Positions 46,886 to 56,159 of a stretch of DNA of 64,000 nt are shown piece by piece. The notes beneath the pieces were generated by a model. That model searched no databases. It saw nothing but the letters and a program-made list of their open reading frames with translations, and was not told the origin of the DNA. Source of the stretch: a virus; the IMG/VR virus record IMGVR_UViG_3300005676_000004; one strand, written 5' to 3'. Both the position numbers and the translations under genes were made by a program. Positions within the stretch are counted from its first letter, which is position 1, and the number at the start of each line of letters is the position of its first letter.

Positions 46886-47852
46886 GAGGGCACTGATCAC
46901 TGGTATAAACGGTCAAGATGGATCATATCTATCGGAGTTTTTACTTGAAAAAGGTTATGAAGTTCACGGTATACTGAAGCGAAATTCTGTATCCGAGAAT
47001 CAGACAGCTAGGCTGAACGATAATGTATTTGCAGATGTTCGCCTTCATTATGGTGACATGCTTGATATACCATCAATCATCGCGGCTATTAAGAAGAGTA
47101 AGCCAGATGAAATATACAATCTAGCGGCGCAATCACACGTTAGGATTTCATTTGATCAGCCGATCTATACAGCCATGGCTACTGGTTTAGGTGCGTTGAA
47201 TCTACTTGAATCTCTGATTTCAACTGATTACGCTGACTCTAAGGTGTATCAAGCAAGCTCATCGGAGATGTTTGGTAACTCTATTGATGCAGACATGTAT
47301 CAGCGAGAAACTACTCCAATGTATCCAGTGTCTCCGTATGGTTGCTCTAAGTTATTTGCCTATAACATCTCTCGCAACTACAGAAATTCTTACGGCATGT
47401 TCATATCAAATGGGATACTATTCAATCATGAGTCACCACGCCGTGGAACTAACTTCGTTACAAATAAGGTTGTGAAGGAAGCGGTTAAAATTTCTAAAGG
47501 ACTTTCGGATAAAGTTGTGTTAGGTAATTTACATGCACAGCGCGATTGGGGACACGCTAAAGACTACGTTAGGGCAATGTGGGAAATCTTACAGTTAGAC
47601 CAACCGGATGACTTCGTATGTGCAACTGGAATAACGCACACGGTTCAATATCTGTGTGAATATACGTTCTCATCATTGGGATTGGACTGGCGGGAATTTG
47701 TCAAAACTGACGCTGTATATCAACGACCAGAAGAACTTCATGCGCTTCGCGGTGATGCTACCAAACTGAAGATTAAGACTGGATGGTCGCCCGAATACAC
47801 GTTTGAAACAATGTTAGATGAAATGATTGATTATTGGAAAGGTGTATTATGA
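46878..47852 (+). CDS. gmd: GDP-mannose 4,6-dehydratase
   Basis: GINGQDGSYL, LAAQSHV, YQASSSE, SPYGCSK, FNHESP, RDWG. Confidence 0.95.
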   Translation: MGKRALITGINGQDGSYLSEFLLEKGYEVHGILKRNSVSENQTARLNDNVFADVRLHYGDMLDIPSIIAAIKKSKPDEIYNLAAQSHVRISFDQPIYTAMATGLGALNLLESLISTDYADSKVYQASSSEMFGNSIDADMYQRETTPMYPVSPYGCSKLFAYNISRNYRNSYGMFISNGILFNHESPRRGTNFVTNKVVKEAVKISKGLSDKVVLGNLHAQRDWGHAKDYVRAMWEILQLDQPDDFVCATGITHTVQYLCEYTFSSLGLDWREFVKTDAVYQRPEELHALRGDATKLKIKTGWSPEYTFETMLDEMIDYWKGVL

Positions 47853-48763
47853 GAGTATTAGTAACAGGCGGCAGTGGTCTCGTCGGTAAACATCTAGCCG
47901 AGCATGAGCCAACTTGGAACTACTTATCTTCGTTTGACGGAGACCTCCGAGATCGAAATACTGTGTGGGACATCTTTGAATTTTACCAACCGGATGCAGT
48001 TATACATCTAGCGGCGAAAGTTGGTGGTATCCAATCAAATAGCAGCCAACCGATGGACTACTTCACCGATAATGTTCTCATAAACACGAACGTAGTTCAA
48101 ACTGCCTTAGACTTTGGAGTTAGAAAGTTTGTAGGACTCATCTCATCATGCGCATACACCGACGTATCCCCGTCGTATCCTCTTCAGGAGAATCAGTTAT
48201 TTGAGGGTGAGCCGCACATGTTAAACTATGGATATGGTATGGCAAAACGTATGTTAGCTGCGCAGATAAAGATTGCTCGGCAACATCTAGGTAAAAATTT
48301 TTCATATCTCATTCCGTCAAATTTGTACGGGTTGTATGAGACTGGCGATATTAGTGTCAAGCATTTCGTCGGTGCTCTCATGGATAAGATCATACGTGCC
48401 GAGGAAGGCGACGGCATCGTAACATTATTTGGTGACGGAACACCGTTACGCCAGTTTACGTATGCGGAGGATGTTGCTAACATATTGCGGCGTGTAATTG
48501 AACAAGATGTCTCTGAGAATTTAAACGTTTCTATTGATGAAAACTTAACAATAGATCAGATAGCTAGGATAGCTGTATCCGTGAGTGATAATCCAAACCT
48601 AACTATTCAATACGATTCCAGTAAACCCAACGGGCAGTATCGCAAGGACATTGATACTACATTACTTAAGAAAGTATTTGGAGATTTCAAATTTACTCCG
48701 TATATTGAAGGTCTTAGAAAGACTTACAGATTTTACAAAAACAAATCACGTGATGAAAATTAA
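47849..48763 (+). CDS. fcl: GDP-L-fucose synthase family protein
   Basis: TGGSGLVG, HLAAKVGGI, YGMAKR, PSNLYG, DGTPLRQF. Confidence 0.88.
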   Translation: MRVLVTGGSGLVGKHLAEHEPTWNYLSSFDGDLRDRNTVWDIFEFYQPDAVIHLAAKVGGIQSNSSQPMDYFTDNVLINTNVVQTALDFGVRKFVGLISSCAYTDVSPSYPLQENQLFEGEPHMLNYGYGMAKRMLAAQIKIARQHLGKNFSYLIPSNLYGLYETGDISVKHFVGALMDKIIRAEEGDGIVTLFGDGTPLRQFTYAEDVANILRRVIEQDVSENLNVSIDENLTIDQIARIAVSVSDNPNLTIQYDSSKPNGQYRKDIDTTLLKKVFGDFKFTPYIEGLRKTYRFYKNKSRDEN

Positions 48764-48780
48764 CATAGAGGAATCGCTGC

Positions 48781-50130
48781 ATGGATAATAAGGGTGAAAT
48801 TCTTAATCTAGTTGAACAGTACATTAACACAAAGAACTCCCAGAAGTCATGGACTCCTGGGGAAGATTGGGTTCAATATTCAGGACCATATTTCAATGCA
48901 GAAGAGTATGTCGCTGCGGTTGATACGTTATTAAACGGGTGGTTTATTCTAGGTGAGAAGGGTAGAGAATTTGAAAATAAATTTTCTAAAATGTTAGGTA
49001 AGCAAGATGGTGTCTTTGTTAACTCGGGAAGTTCAGCTAACTTACTGATGGTGTCTATGCTACGCACACGACGTGGTGGCAACTTACCAGTGGGTAGTAA
49101 ATTTATTACCCCAGTAGTGTGCTTTCCGACCACGATAAATCCACTCATTCAGAATGGATTTAAGCCTGTCTTCGTTGATGTTGAACTCCCAAACCTAAAT
49201 CTTAACTTAGATCATGTTGAGAAACTTTTGGAGGAAGATACTGAGAAGGAGATTAAAGGTATCATATTTGCACATGTGCTCGGTAACCCCCCTGACATGG
49301 ACAGACTGATGTCTATTGTTGAGAAGTATAATTTGATCTATCTTGAAGACACGTGCGATGCTTTAGGTTCAAAGTGGGATGGTAAGCCGCTAGGTTCGTT
49401 CGGTAAACTTTCAACATGTTCATTCTTTCCTGCGCACCACATGACGACGGGGGAAGGTGGGTTCGTAGCTTGTAACTTACCTATGCACCGAATGGCGTTA
49501 GCGTCTCTTCGAGATTGGGGACGTGGGTGCTATTGCAATACAAAGAAGCCTGGTAACGTTATTGACGGAACTGCATGTGGTATGCGTCTGAACTCTTGGT
49601 TTAAAGATTATCCAGAGATTCAATACGACCATCGATATGTCTTTGAGGAAATTGGCTATAATCTCAAGCCAACCGAGATGCAAGCTGCGATGGGATTGGT
49701 TCAGATCACTAAACTTGATGAGATGCACGAGAGACGAAAACATAATTTTGCTAGAATGTATTCTATATTCGAACAATACTCTGAGTTCTTCCATCTGCCA
49801 TATTCTCTTGAGAAGGCAGACACGAGTTGGTTTGGATTTCTGCTGACACTTAAAGACGGTTGCCCATTTGATAAGAGTGAAATTGTTGACCATCTAGAGA
49901 GTGCAAAAATTCAAACTAGGTCGTACTTCACTGGCAATGCGTTGTTTCATCCAGCATATTCAACCATGTTCAAAGAACAGTATCCAGACCCAAAGAATCA
50001 GTTTCCAGTAGCCACTAAGACTACAAAGGATACATTCTTCACTGGTGTGTATCCTGGCATTACGGACGACCAGCTTGATTACATAAAAGTTGTAGTTGAC
50101 AACTTTATGTCAAAGTATACAGCGAAGTGA
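48781..50130 (+). CDS. rfbH: NDP-4-keto-6-deoxyhexose 3-dehydratase (RfbH/DdhC type)
   Basis: SFFPAHHMTTGEGG (His at the PLP-Lys position); WGRGCYC...CG cysteines; YDHRY...GYNLK. Confidence 0.85.
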   Translation: MDNKGEILNLVEQYINTKNSQKSWTPGEDWVQYSGPYFNAEEYVAAVDTLLNGWFILGEKGREFENKFSKMLGKQDGVFVNSGSSANLLMVSMLRTRRGGNLPVGSKFITPVVCFPTTINPLIQNGFKPVFVDVELPNLNLNLDHVEKLLEEDTEKEIKGIIFAHVLGNPPDMDRLMSIVEKYNLIYLEDTCDALGSKWDGKPLGSFGKLSTCSFFPAHHMTTGEGGFVACNLPMHRMALASLRDWGRGCYCNTKKPGNVIDGTACGMRLNSWFKDYPEIQYDHRYVFEEIGYNLKPTEMQAAMGLVQITKLDEMHERRKHNFARMYSIFEQYSEFFHLPYSLEKADTSWFGFLLTLKDGCPFDKSEIVDHLESAKIQTRSYFTGNALFHPAYSTMFKEQYPDPKNQFPVATKTTKDTFFTGVYPGITDDQLDYIKVVVDNFMSKYTAK

Positions 50131-50139
50131 TAGATTACT

Positions 50140-50991
50140 ATGCAATACGTTTCCTTCCAATCTCTAGGAGAGATAGGTAACATGTGTTCTCAGATGCAAC
50201 AGTTTGCATCATTATGTGCTGTTGCATCTGAGACTGGTCATGAGATACGTTTACCAGAATCGTCAAAAAGTCGTGGGTTCGGAATACGAATGTTTGATCT
50301 TCTTGACGTAGAACCTCAATATGAGCCGGATGAGTTCTTTCAGGGCTTTAAGCGTTTCAGACTTAACGAGAAGACACGCGTTGACGATAGAGTCTTTGGG
50401 TTAGATAGTAGCTATTCGTATTTCGTTGACGGGAGATTTGATCTCTTTACGTATTGGTACCCTAAACATGCTCAGCATGTTCTTGGATGGAATATACGCC
50501 CACAATTTGTAGAGAAGGCAAACGAGTTCATTCGGCGAGTTAAAGACTCGTATGAAACTAACGTAAGAGTGGTTGCAATGCATATACGTTTGGGTGACTA
50601 CCTTTTACCAGAGCATCACCATTTCGTTAGATTATGGCAGACTGATTACTACACCAAGGCGATGCAAGTAATAACGGAAAAGCATGAACATGTTAAATTC
50701 CTGATATTCAGCAACGACATTAAATGGTGTCGAGAGAATTTACTCCCCGACTCTTCAGATGAAGACTTTGTAGATACTAAAGATGACTGCTTAGATTTTG
50801 CAATAATGGCTAGCTGTGACGACATTATCATAGCGAATAGTTCGTTTAGCCTATGGGCTGCATTTATGAATAAGAATCCTGATAAGACTATAGTATGTCC
50901 GACGCAGTACTTGTATGAGTATAGTGAGTTTTCCCATATCAATGGTAACTACTATCCTAACGATTGGACGTCAATTAATATGGAGTTATGA
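50140..50991 (+). CDS. GT11 alpha-1,2-fucosyltransferase-like protein
   Basis: GNMCSQ, MHIRLGDY, IFSND, IANSSFSLWAA. Confidence 0.88.
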   Translation: MQYVSFQSLGEIGNMCSQMQQFASLCAVASETGHEIRLPESSKSRGFGIRMFDLLDVEPQYEPDEFFQGFKRFRLNEKTRVDDRVFGLDSSYSYFVDGRFDLFTYWYPKHAQHVLGWNIRPQFVEKANEFIRRVKDSYETNVRVVAMHIRLGDYLLPEHHHFVRLWQTDYYTKAMQVITEKHEHVKFLIFSNDIKWCRENLLPDSSDEDFVDTKDDCLDFAIMASCDDIIIANSSFSLWAAFMNKNPDKTIVCPTQYLYEYSEFSHINGNYYPNDWTSINMEL

Positions 50992-51980
50992 TTATGGTAG
51001 ATACGAAGATAGTATATGTCACAGGCTGTGCTGGATTTATCGGGTGCACGGTGGCAGAATTATGCCTCAATATGGGATGGTATGTTATTGGTGTTGATAA
51101 GATGACATACGCGTCATCGAATGATGCGGTTAAATATCTACAGCAGTTAGGTGAAGATAGATTTAAGATGCTAACGTGTGACATCAACGACCTAACGTTT
51201 CTGTACGATTGTGATTACATCATCAATTGTGCTGCTGAGACACACGTTGGAAATTCGATAGTAAATTCTGATGAGTTTATTCATTCAAATGTCCGAGGTG
51301 TTCATCACTTGTTAAAATTGCTTCGAGAGTATAGGCAAGAAAACGGCAAGACGCCAACACTACTTCATTTTAGTACTGATGAAGTGTATGGTGATATTCA
51401 GTCTGGATTCCACACTGAATCTGATATGCTTCGACCTTCAAATCCATACTCTGCAACGAAGGCTGCCGCTGATATGCTTATATTGGCTTGGAGTAGAACA
51501 TACGGAATTCCATACGTAATTGTTCGCCCGACAAACAACTATGGGATCGGTCAATATGCTGAGAAGCTAATTCCGAAAGCGGTAAAGTATCTTGGGCTAG
51601 GTAGGAAGATTCCTCTACATAACGGGGGGTCTCCCGTGCGGAGTTGGTTGCACGTGTATGACACTGGAGCTGCAATAATTGAGATAATACTGAATGGTGT
51701 TGTGAACGAAATTTTCAACATATCGGGTGGATTTGAACAGACTAATGAAGAGACTGTTCGTAAAATAATATCATGTTGGAATGACATTCACCGAGACAAT
51801 CCCGATATGATAGTTGAATATGAGTCGGTTGTCGATCTTGGAATACATCGCGAAGGCCAAGATGTTCGATATGCTCTTGATGACTCAAAACTACGTTCTC
51901 TAGGGTGGACCCCAGTCGTTAACTTTGACGACACTATTGGAAGTATAGTGGAATACTACAGTAACAAATTTTTGTGGTAA
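50988..51980 (+). CDS. rfbB: dTDP-glucose 4,6-dehydratase
   Basis: TGCAGFIG, AAETHV, STDEVYG, YSATKA, NNYG, RSWLHV. Confidence 0.88.
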   Translation: MIMVDTKIVYVTGCAGFIGCTVAELCLNMGWYVIGVDKMTYASSNDAVKYLQQLGEDRFKMLTCDINDLTFLYDCDYIINCAAETHVGNSIVNSDEFIHSNVRGVHHLLKLLREYRQENGKTPTLLHFSTDEVYGDIQSGFHTESDMLRPSNPYSATKAAADMLILAWSRTYGIPYVIVRPTNNYGIGQYAEKLIPKAVKYLGLGRKIPLHNGGSPVRSWLHVYDTGAAIIEIILNGVVNEIFNISGGFEQTNEETVRKIISCWNDIHRDNPDMIVEYESVVDLGIHREGQDVRYALDDSKLRSLGWTPVVNFDDTIGSIVEYYSNKFLW

Positions 51981-51987
51981 TACGAAA

Positions 51988-52209
51988 ATGAAATCACTAA
52001 CAGATAATACTCCGTTTAGCGGTAGAGCTATCTCATTAACGTTGCGAGTTGAGTTTCTTGATGAGTATATCAAGGAAGATGAGCTACACGTTGAAGTTAT
52101 AGGAGACTCTAGAATTGAACGTGTAAAACTTAATGCAGAGACATTTAAAGGTCGCTCCATTGGTGACGTCATCAATGAGTTGATACAACAACTTAATATT
52201 CGAGCTTAA
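51988..52209 (+). CDS. Hypothetical small protein
   Basis: 73-aa ORF abutting the next gene. Confidence 0.55.
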   Translation: MKSLTDNTPFSGRAISLTLRVEFLDEYIKEDELHVEVIGDSRIERVKLNAETFKGRSIGDVINELIQQLNIRA

Positions 52210-54179
52210 TGACGAAAGGTAATAAGATGACAGTCGCAGAAGCAATATTCGCGTTCCTTAAAGGTGCTGGCTTTGAAATTGGATTCACAGTTACGGGTGG
52301 TGGCGCGATGTTCCTTAATGAAGCACATCGAAAATCACAACTCTTGTCGGTACACCATCATCATGAACAAGCTGCGGCAATGGCTGCTGTTGGCTATTCA
52401 AAGTCTACACGGAAGCCGTCATTTGTAGTGTGTACAAGTGGGTGTGGATCAACTAATACGTTGACTGGGGTTCTTGATGCGTATCAAGATGGCGTTCCTG
52501 TCTTGTTTTTATCTGGAAATGCTAACGAACAGCAGTTAACAGAGACCCATATTAAAAACTACCCAACTATGCGAAAGTTAGGAGTTCAAGAAAATGATAT
52601 TAGACCGCTCGTCTTTTCCATTACTAAATGTGCATACACCATTACTTCCGCAGATGTTGGGGGAGAATATCTCGTTGAATTATTACAAATGTCCGTACGC
52701 TCCATGTTTCAGGGTAACCCTGGACCAGTTTGGATAGACGTCCCGTTAAATGTGCAGTCGTTACAAGTTGATACATCAATATTTCCAGAAGGAGATGATC
52801 GCTTCAATAGAGCTGGATTAATGACTAGAGACTCTTGCAATGATGTCAACAGAAGGATATTCAGCAAAGTTCCAGCGCAAAAATTACTTAACGCTATAGA
52901 CAAGATAACGAAATCGAAGAGACCGTTATTTCTAATTGGCAACGGCGCATATCAATGGCTTGAGTCCGCGCCATACAATGAAACTCATTTGAATCCAATT
53001 CCTAAAGTGTTTACGTATTTAACTGCTGGATATAGACGATTGCATGATCCAGATACACCCGGTCTAGGGGTCGTTGGTATAAAGGGAAATCGCGCTGCCA
53101 ACTATGCAATGCAACATTGTGATCTTCTAATAGTATTGGGTTGTTCATTATCTACTCCAGTTACTGGATATGACTTAAGTAAATGGATTCCAAACGCATC
53201 TCTTCTGGTAGTTGATGTCGACGACACCGGAACAAGTAAATATGTTTTCGATAAATGGGTTTCTGACAATATTTCCAACGGTAGAAAACCTGGTAGTGAT
53301 TTTCATGCTGATTTTTTGAGGCAAGATGTTAGTGCATTCATGGATGCCTTGCGTTGCTTTGTGCATCCAGAATTAGAGTTTAATTGGTCTCCGTGGAGAA
53401 AGTGGTGTCACGCGCTTGCACGTGAAATGCATATTGAAAGTGAACCACACACCCCAGAAGACGACGATGATTCAGCTTTGAACATCTATACGTTTTTAAA
53501 TTGGCTGAGTAATACAGTAAACGAAAGAACAGATGGTAAAATAACAACCATAGTATCGGATGCGGGCAGCGCATACTACACAGTTTCACAGGCGTTTGAC
53601 TTCGGCCCATGTACACGATATGTAACATCTGGTGCACAAGCCGATATGGGGTTTGCTATCCCCGCAGCAATCGGCGTCCAAGTCAGGCATTGGCCGAAAA
53701 GTAACGTACACCATACCATGGCTATAACTGGGGATGGGTCAATGCTTACAAATGTCCAAGAGCTTACAGTAGCTGGTGGTATGAATTTACCAATAAAATT
53801 TATTATACTAGATAACAATGGGTATCTATCCATACGAAACACTATGGACAAATTCTTTAATTCAAAATATTTCGGAACTGATTGTAACTCTGGACTAGCA
53901 TTGCCTACTGATTTTAAGTCCATAGCAGACATGGCGTCTCTTGCATATTACGAGGTCAATTTAGAAAATCTGTTTGACGAAGATACACGGCAGATTTTTT
54001 TGAATAATACTCCAGCACTTATAAGAGTACGTTGTCTGCAACAACAAGATATAATACCAACCGTAGCCTCGCGCACTATGGAGAACGGTGAAGTTGTATC
54101 TCAACCACTAGAAAATATGTATCCGTTCCTAGATACTATGCCGTCAATGTATGTACCACAAATTCCATCAAATGTTTAA
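52209..54179 (+). CDS. ThDP-dependent enzyme, acetolactate-synthase-like (YerE-type candidate)
   Basis: TGGGAMFL, HHEQAAAMAA, GADMG-like QADMGFAIP, GDGS...NN ThDP motif. Confidence 0.88.
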   Translation: MTKGNKMTVAEAIFAFLKGAGFEIGFTVTGGGAMFLNEAHRKSQLLSVHHHHEQAAAMAAVGYSKSTRKPSFVVCTSGCGSTNTLTGVLDAYQDGVPVLFLSGNANEQQLTETHIKNYPTMRKLGVQENDIRPLVFSITKCAYTITSADVGGEYLVELLQMSVRSMFQGNPGPVWIDVPLNVQSLQVDTSIFPEGDDRFNRAGLMTRDSCNDVNRRIFSKVPAQKLLNAIDKITKSKRPLFLIGNGAYQWLESAPYNETHLNPIPKVFTYLTAGYRRLHDPDTPGLGVVGIKGNRAANYAMQHCDLLIVLGCSLSTPVTGYDLSKWIPNASLLVVDVDDTGTSKYVFDKWVSDNISNGRKPGSDFHADFLRQDVSAFMDALRCFVHPELEFNWSPWRKWCHALAREMHIESEPHTPEDDDDSALNIYTFLNWLSNTVNERTDGKITTIVSDAGSAYYTVSQAFDFGPCTRYVTSGAQADMGFAIPAAIGVQVRHWPKSNVHHTMAITGDGSMLTNVQELTVAGGMNLPIKFIILDNNGYLSIRNTMDKFFNSKYFGTDCNSGLALPTDFKSIADMASLAYYEVNLENLFDEDTRQIFLNNTPALIRVRCLQQQDIIPTVASRTMENGEVVSQPLENMYPFLDTMPSMYVPQIPSNV

Positions 54180-55215
54180 GGATAACAAAATCATGGGAAA
54201 CTCAGAAATTAGAATTCAAGATGGTAGAACACATTTTGATGTTCAGAAACAAGTAAAGAAGAAGAAAACAATCACTGAGCTTCGTGAGATGCGACGTAAC
54301 GCTAGACCTATAACATGGATAACTGCGTACTCGTATCCAACTGCAACGGTTGCCGAGAGAGCAGACATTGATATGATCCTCGTTGGAGACTCAGGTGGAA
54401 TGGTTGAGCTAGGGTACAAGAGCACAAATCCAGTTACTATGGATGAGATGATTAGTATGTGTAAAGCCGTACGACGCGGCGCACCTAAAACATTTGTAGT
54501 CGGAGATATGCCTCAGGGGTCGTATGAGATTTCCGATGAAGATGCCGTTACAAACGCTCTTAGATTTATTAAAGAAGGTGATTGTGACGCTGTTAAATTG
54601 GAAGGCGGTGAGAGAGTTGCATCTCGTGTAAAGGCAATCCACAATGCTGGAATAATTGTTGTTGGACACTTGGGGCTAACTCCGCAGTCTGCACAATCAT
54701 TTGGGGGTTATCGAGTACAAGGACGGACAGTTGATGAGGTAAAGCAAATTAGACGCGATATGCGTTCACTTGAAGATAGCGGGGCAAGTATCATTCTCAT
54801 TGAAGCTACTCCATCTGCATGTGGTGTATATCTTTCGTTAGCAGCTCGTCCCGATACGATCGTCATGGGGATTGGGGCTGGTAGGGGGGTTCATGGGCAA
54901 CTAGCAATTTTTCATGATGTTGTTGGATTTTATCCAGACTTTAAACCGAAATTTATAAAGTCATTTATTCCCGACGTTATTGGACATTTCAATGATTGCG
55001 TAAAGATGGCTGAAAATACTAGGTTAGTTAATGATGCAGTAATTCCTGGGTTTGACGGTGTTTTGATGTTAACAACTTTAGCTGTTCGCGAATATGGCAA
55101 CCAAGTACGAAACAAGGCATTTCCATCTAATGAATACATCTATTCAAACAACGATGCCAATGAGGAAAGTATTATGGAACTGTGTAATCAGTTACCTGTG
55201 GCTCTACGTCTATGA
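54172..55215 (+). CDS. panB: Ketopantoate hydroxymethyltransferase-family protein (start uncertain)
   Basis: ITAY, ILVGDS.GM, GDMP.GSY, AVKLEGG, GHLGLTPQ, IGAG, FHD. Confidence 0.85.
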   Translation: MFKDNKIMGNSEIRIQDGRTHFDVQKQVKKKKTITELREMRRNARPITWITAYSYPTATVAERADIDMILVGDSGGMVELGYKSTNPVTMDEMISMCKAVRRGAPKTFVVGDMPQGSYEISDEDAVTNALRFIKEGDCDAVKLEGGERVASRVKAIHNAGIIVVGHLGLTPQSAQSFGGYRVQGRTVDEVKQIRRDMRSLEDSGASIILIEATPSACGVYLSLAARPDTIVMGIGAGRGVHGQLAIFHDVVGFYPDFKPKFIKSFIPDVIGHFNDCVKMAENTRLVNDAVIPGFDGVLMLTTLAVREYGNQVRNKAFPSNEYIYSNNDANEESIMELCNQLPVALRL

Positions 55216-56159
55216 TAATCGTAACTGGTGTGCGTGGCTACCTCGGTTCTCTTGTCTACGAGAAGCTAAAAAAAGATGGAAAACATACCGTTGTTGGTAT
55301 AAGTAGACAAGATGTTGACTTAGAAGACAATTACGAGGTATTGAAATTCTTTACAGCTCAAAATGACATTGAGAGAATTGAAACAGTGATTCACTGTGCA
55401 TCTGCTGGTAACTCCGTAACACCAACAGATGACTTCTCAATTATTCCAGCAAATGTTAAGATGATGCAAAACATTTTATCTTCTATAGACACATCTAATG
55501 TTAGATTCATCTTACCATCTTCTGGAGCTATGAGAAATCGGAGTTTCGCATTTCACATTGATGTGGAAGAATACTTACGTGTTCCAACTGATGCCTATGG
55601 GTTATCAAAATATTTGTGTTGGCAAATGGCAGTCAATTTACCGAATTTTCTAGGTATTGTTATCTATGGTTTGTTCGGGGACACCGAACCAGAGTATAGG
55701 TTCTTTAAGTCAGTTATAACAAACGCACTACGGGGCGATCCTATCTATGTTTATGACGCAACTAGCATTATGGACTTTGAGTATACACCGAATCTTGTAA
55801 ATTTTATAAGTGATGTTGCGGTTGATAATAGTTGGCAGGGAAAAGTTGAGGTATTCCGACCTGAGAGAGATTCTCTGTATGGACATGCCATTTGTATATC
55901 TGAAAAATGTTACGCATACAAACAGAAACTCATCAATAGCGGCGTATTAATAGAATCTAACCCATACTATGCTACTGGCGTAAGTTCTGTGAACTTCAGT
56001 GACAAATATAAACCGAAATTCAAGTCGTCGTATATTGCACAACGTAATGTATCTTTGCGTAACAGTATGTTAGGTGGGGCGAAACTTTTATCACTTGAAG
56101 AAGGAATTGATGAGATGATATGTAAACTTGCACCAACCATACTAGGAGTAGAAATATGA
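55212..56159 (+). CDS. NAD-dependent epimerase/reductase (SDR)
   Basis: TGVRGYLG, YGLSK. Confidence 0.85.
   Translation: MIIVTGVRGYLGSLVYEKLKKDGKHTVVGISRQDVDLEDNYEVLKFFTAQNDIERIETVIHCASAGNSVTPTDDFSIIPANVKMMQNILSSIDTSNVRFILPSSGAMRNRSFAFHIDVEEYLRVPTDAYGLSKYLCWQMAVNLPNFLGIVIYGLFGDTEPEYRFFKSVITNALRGDPIYVYDATSIMDFEYTPNLVNFISDVAVDNSWQGKVEVFRPERDSLYGHAICISEKCYAYKQKLINSGVLIESNPYYATGVSSVNFSDKYKPKFKSSYIAQRNVSLRNSMLGGAKLLSLEEGIDEMICKLAPTILGVEI

Noticed and set aside
54172-55215. Pantothenate-biosynthesis auxiliary metabolic gene
   Set aside because: No panC, panD or panE in the window, and the gene is translationally coupled inside a sugar-biosynthesis operon, so a CoA role is not supported by context, though not excluded.
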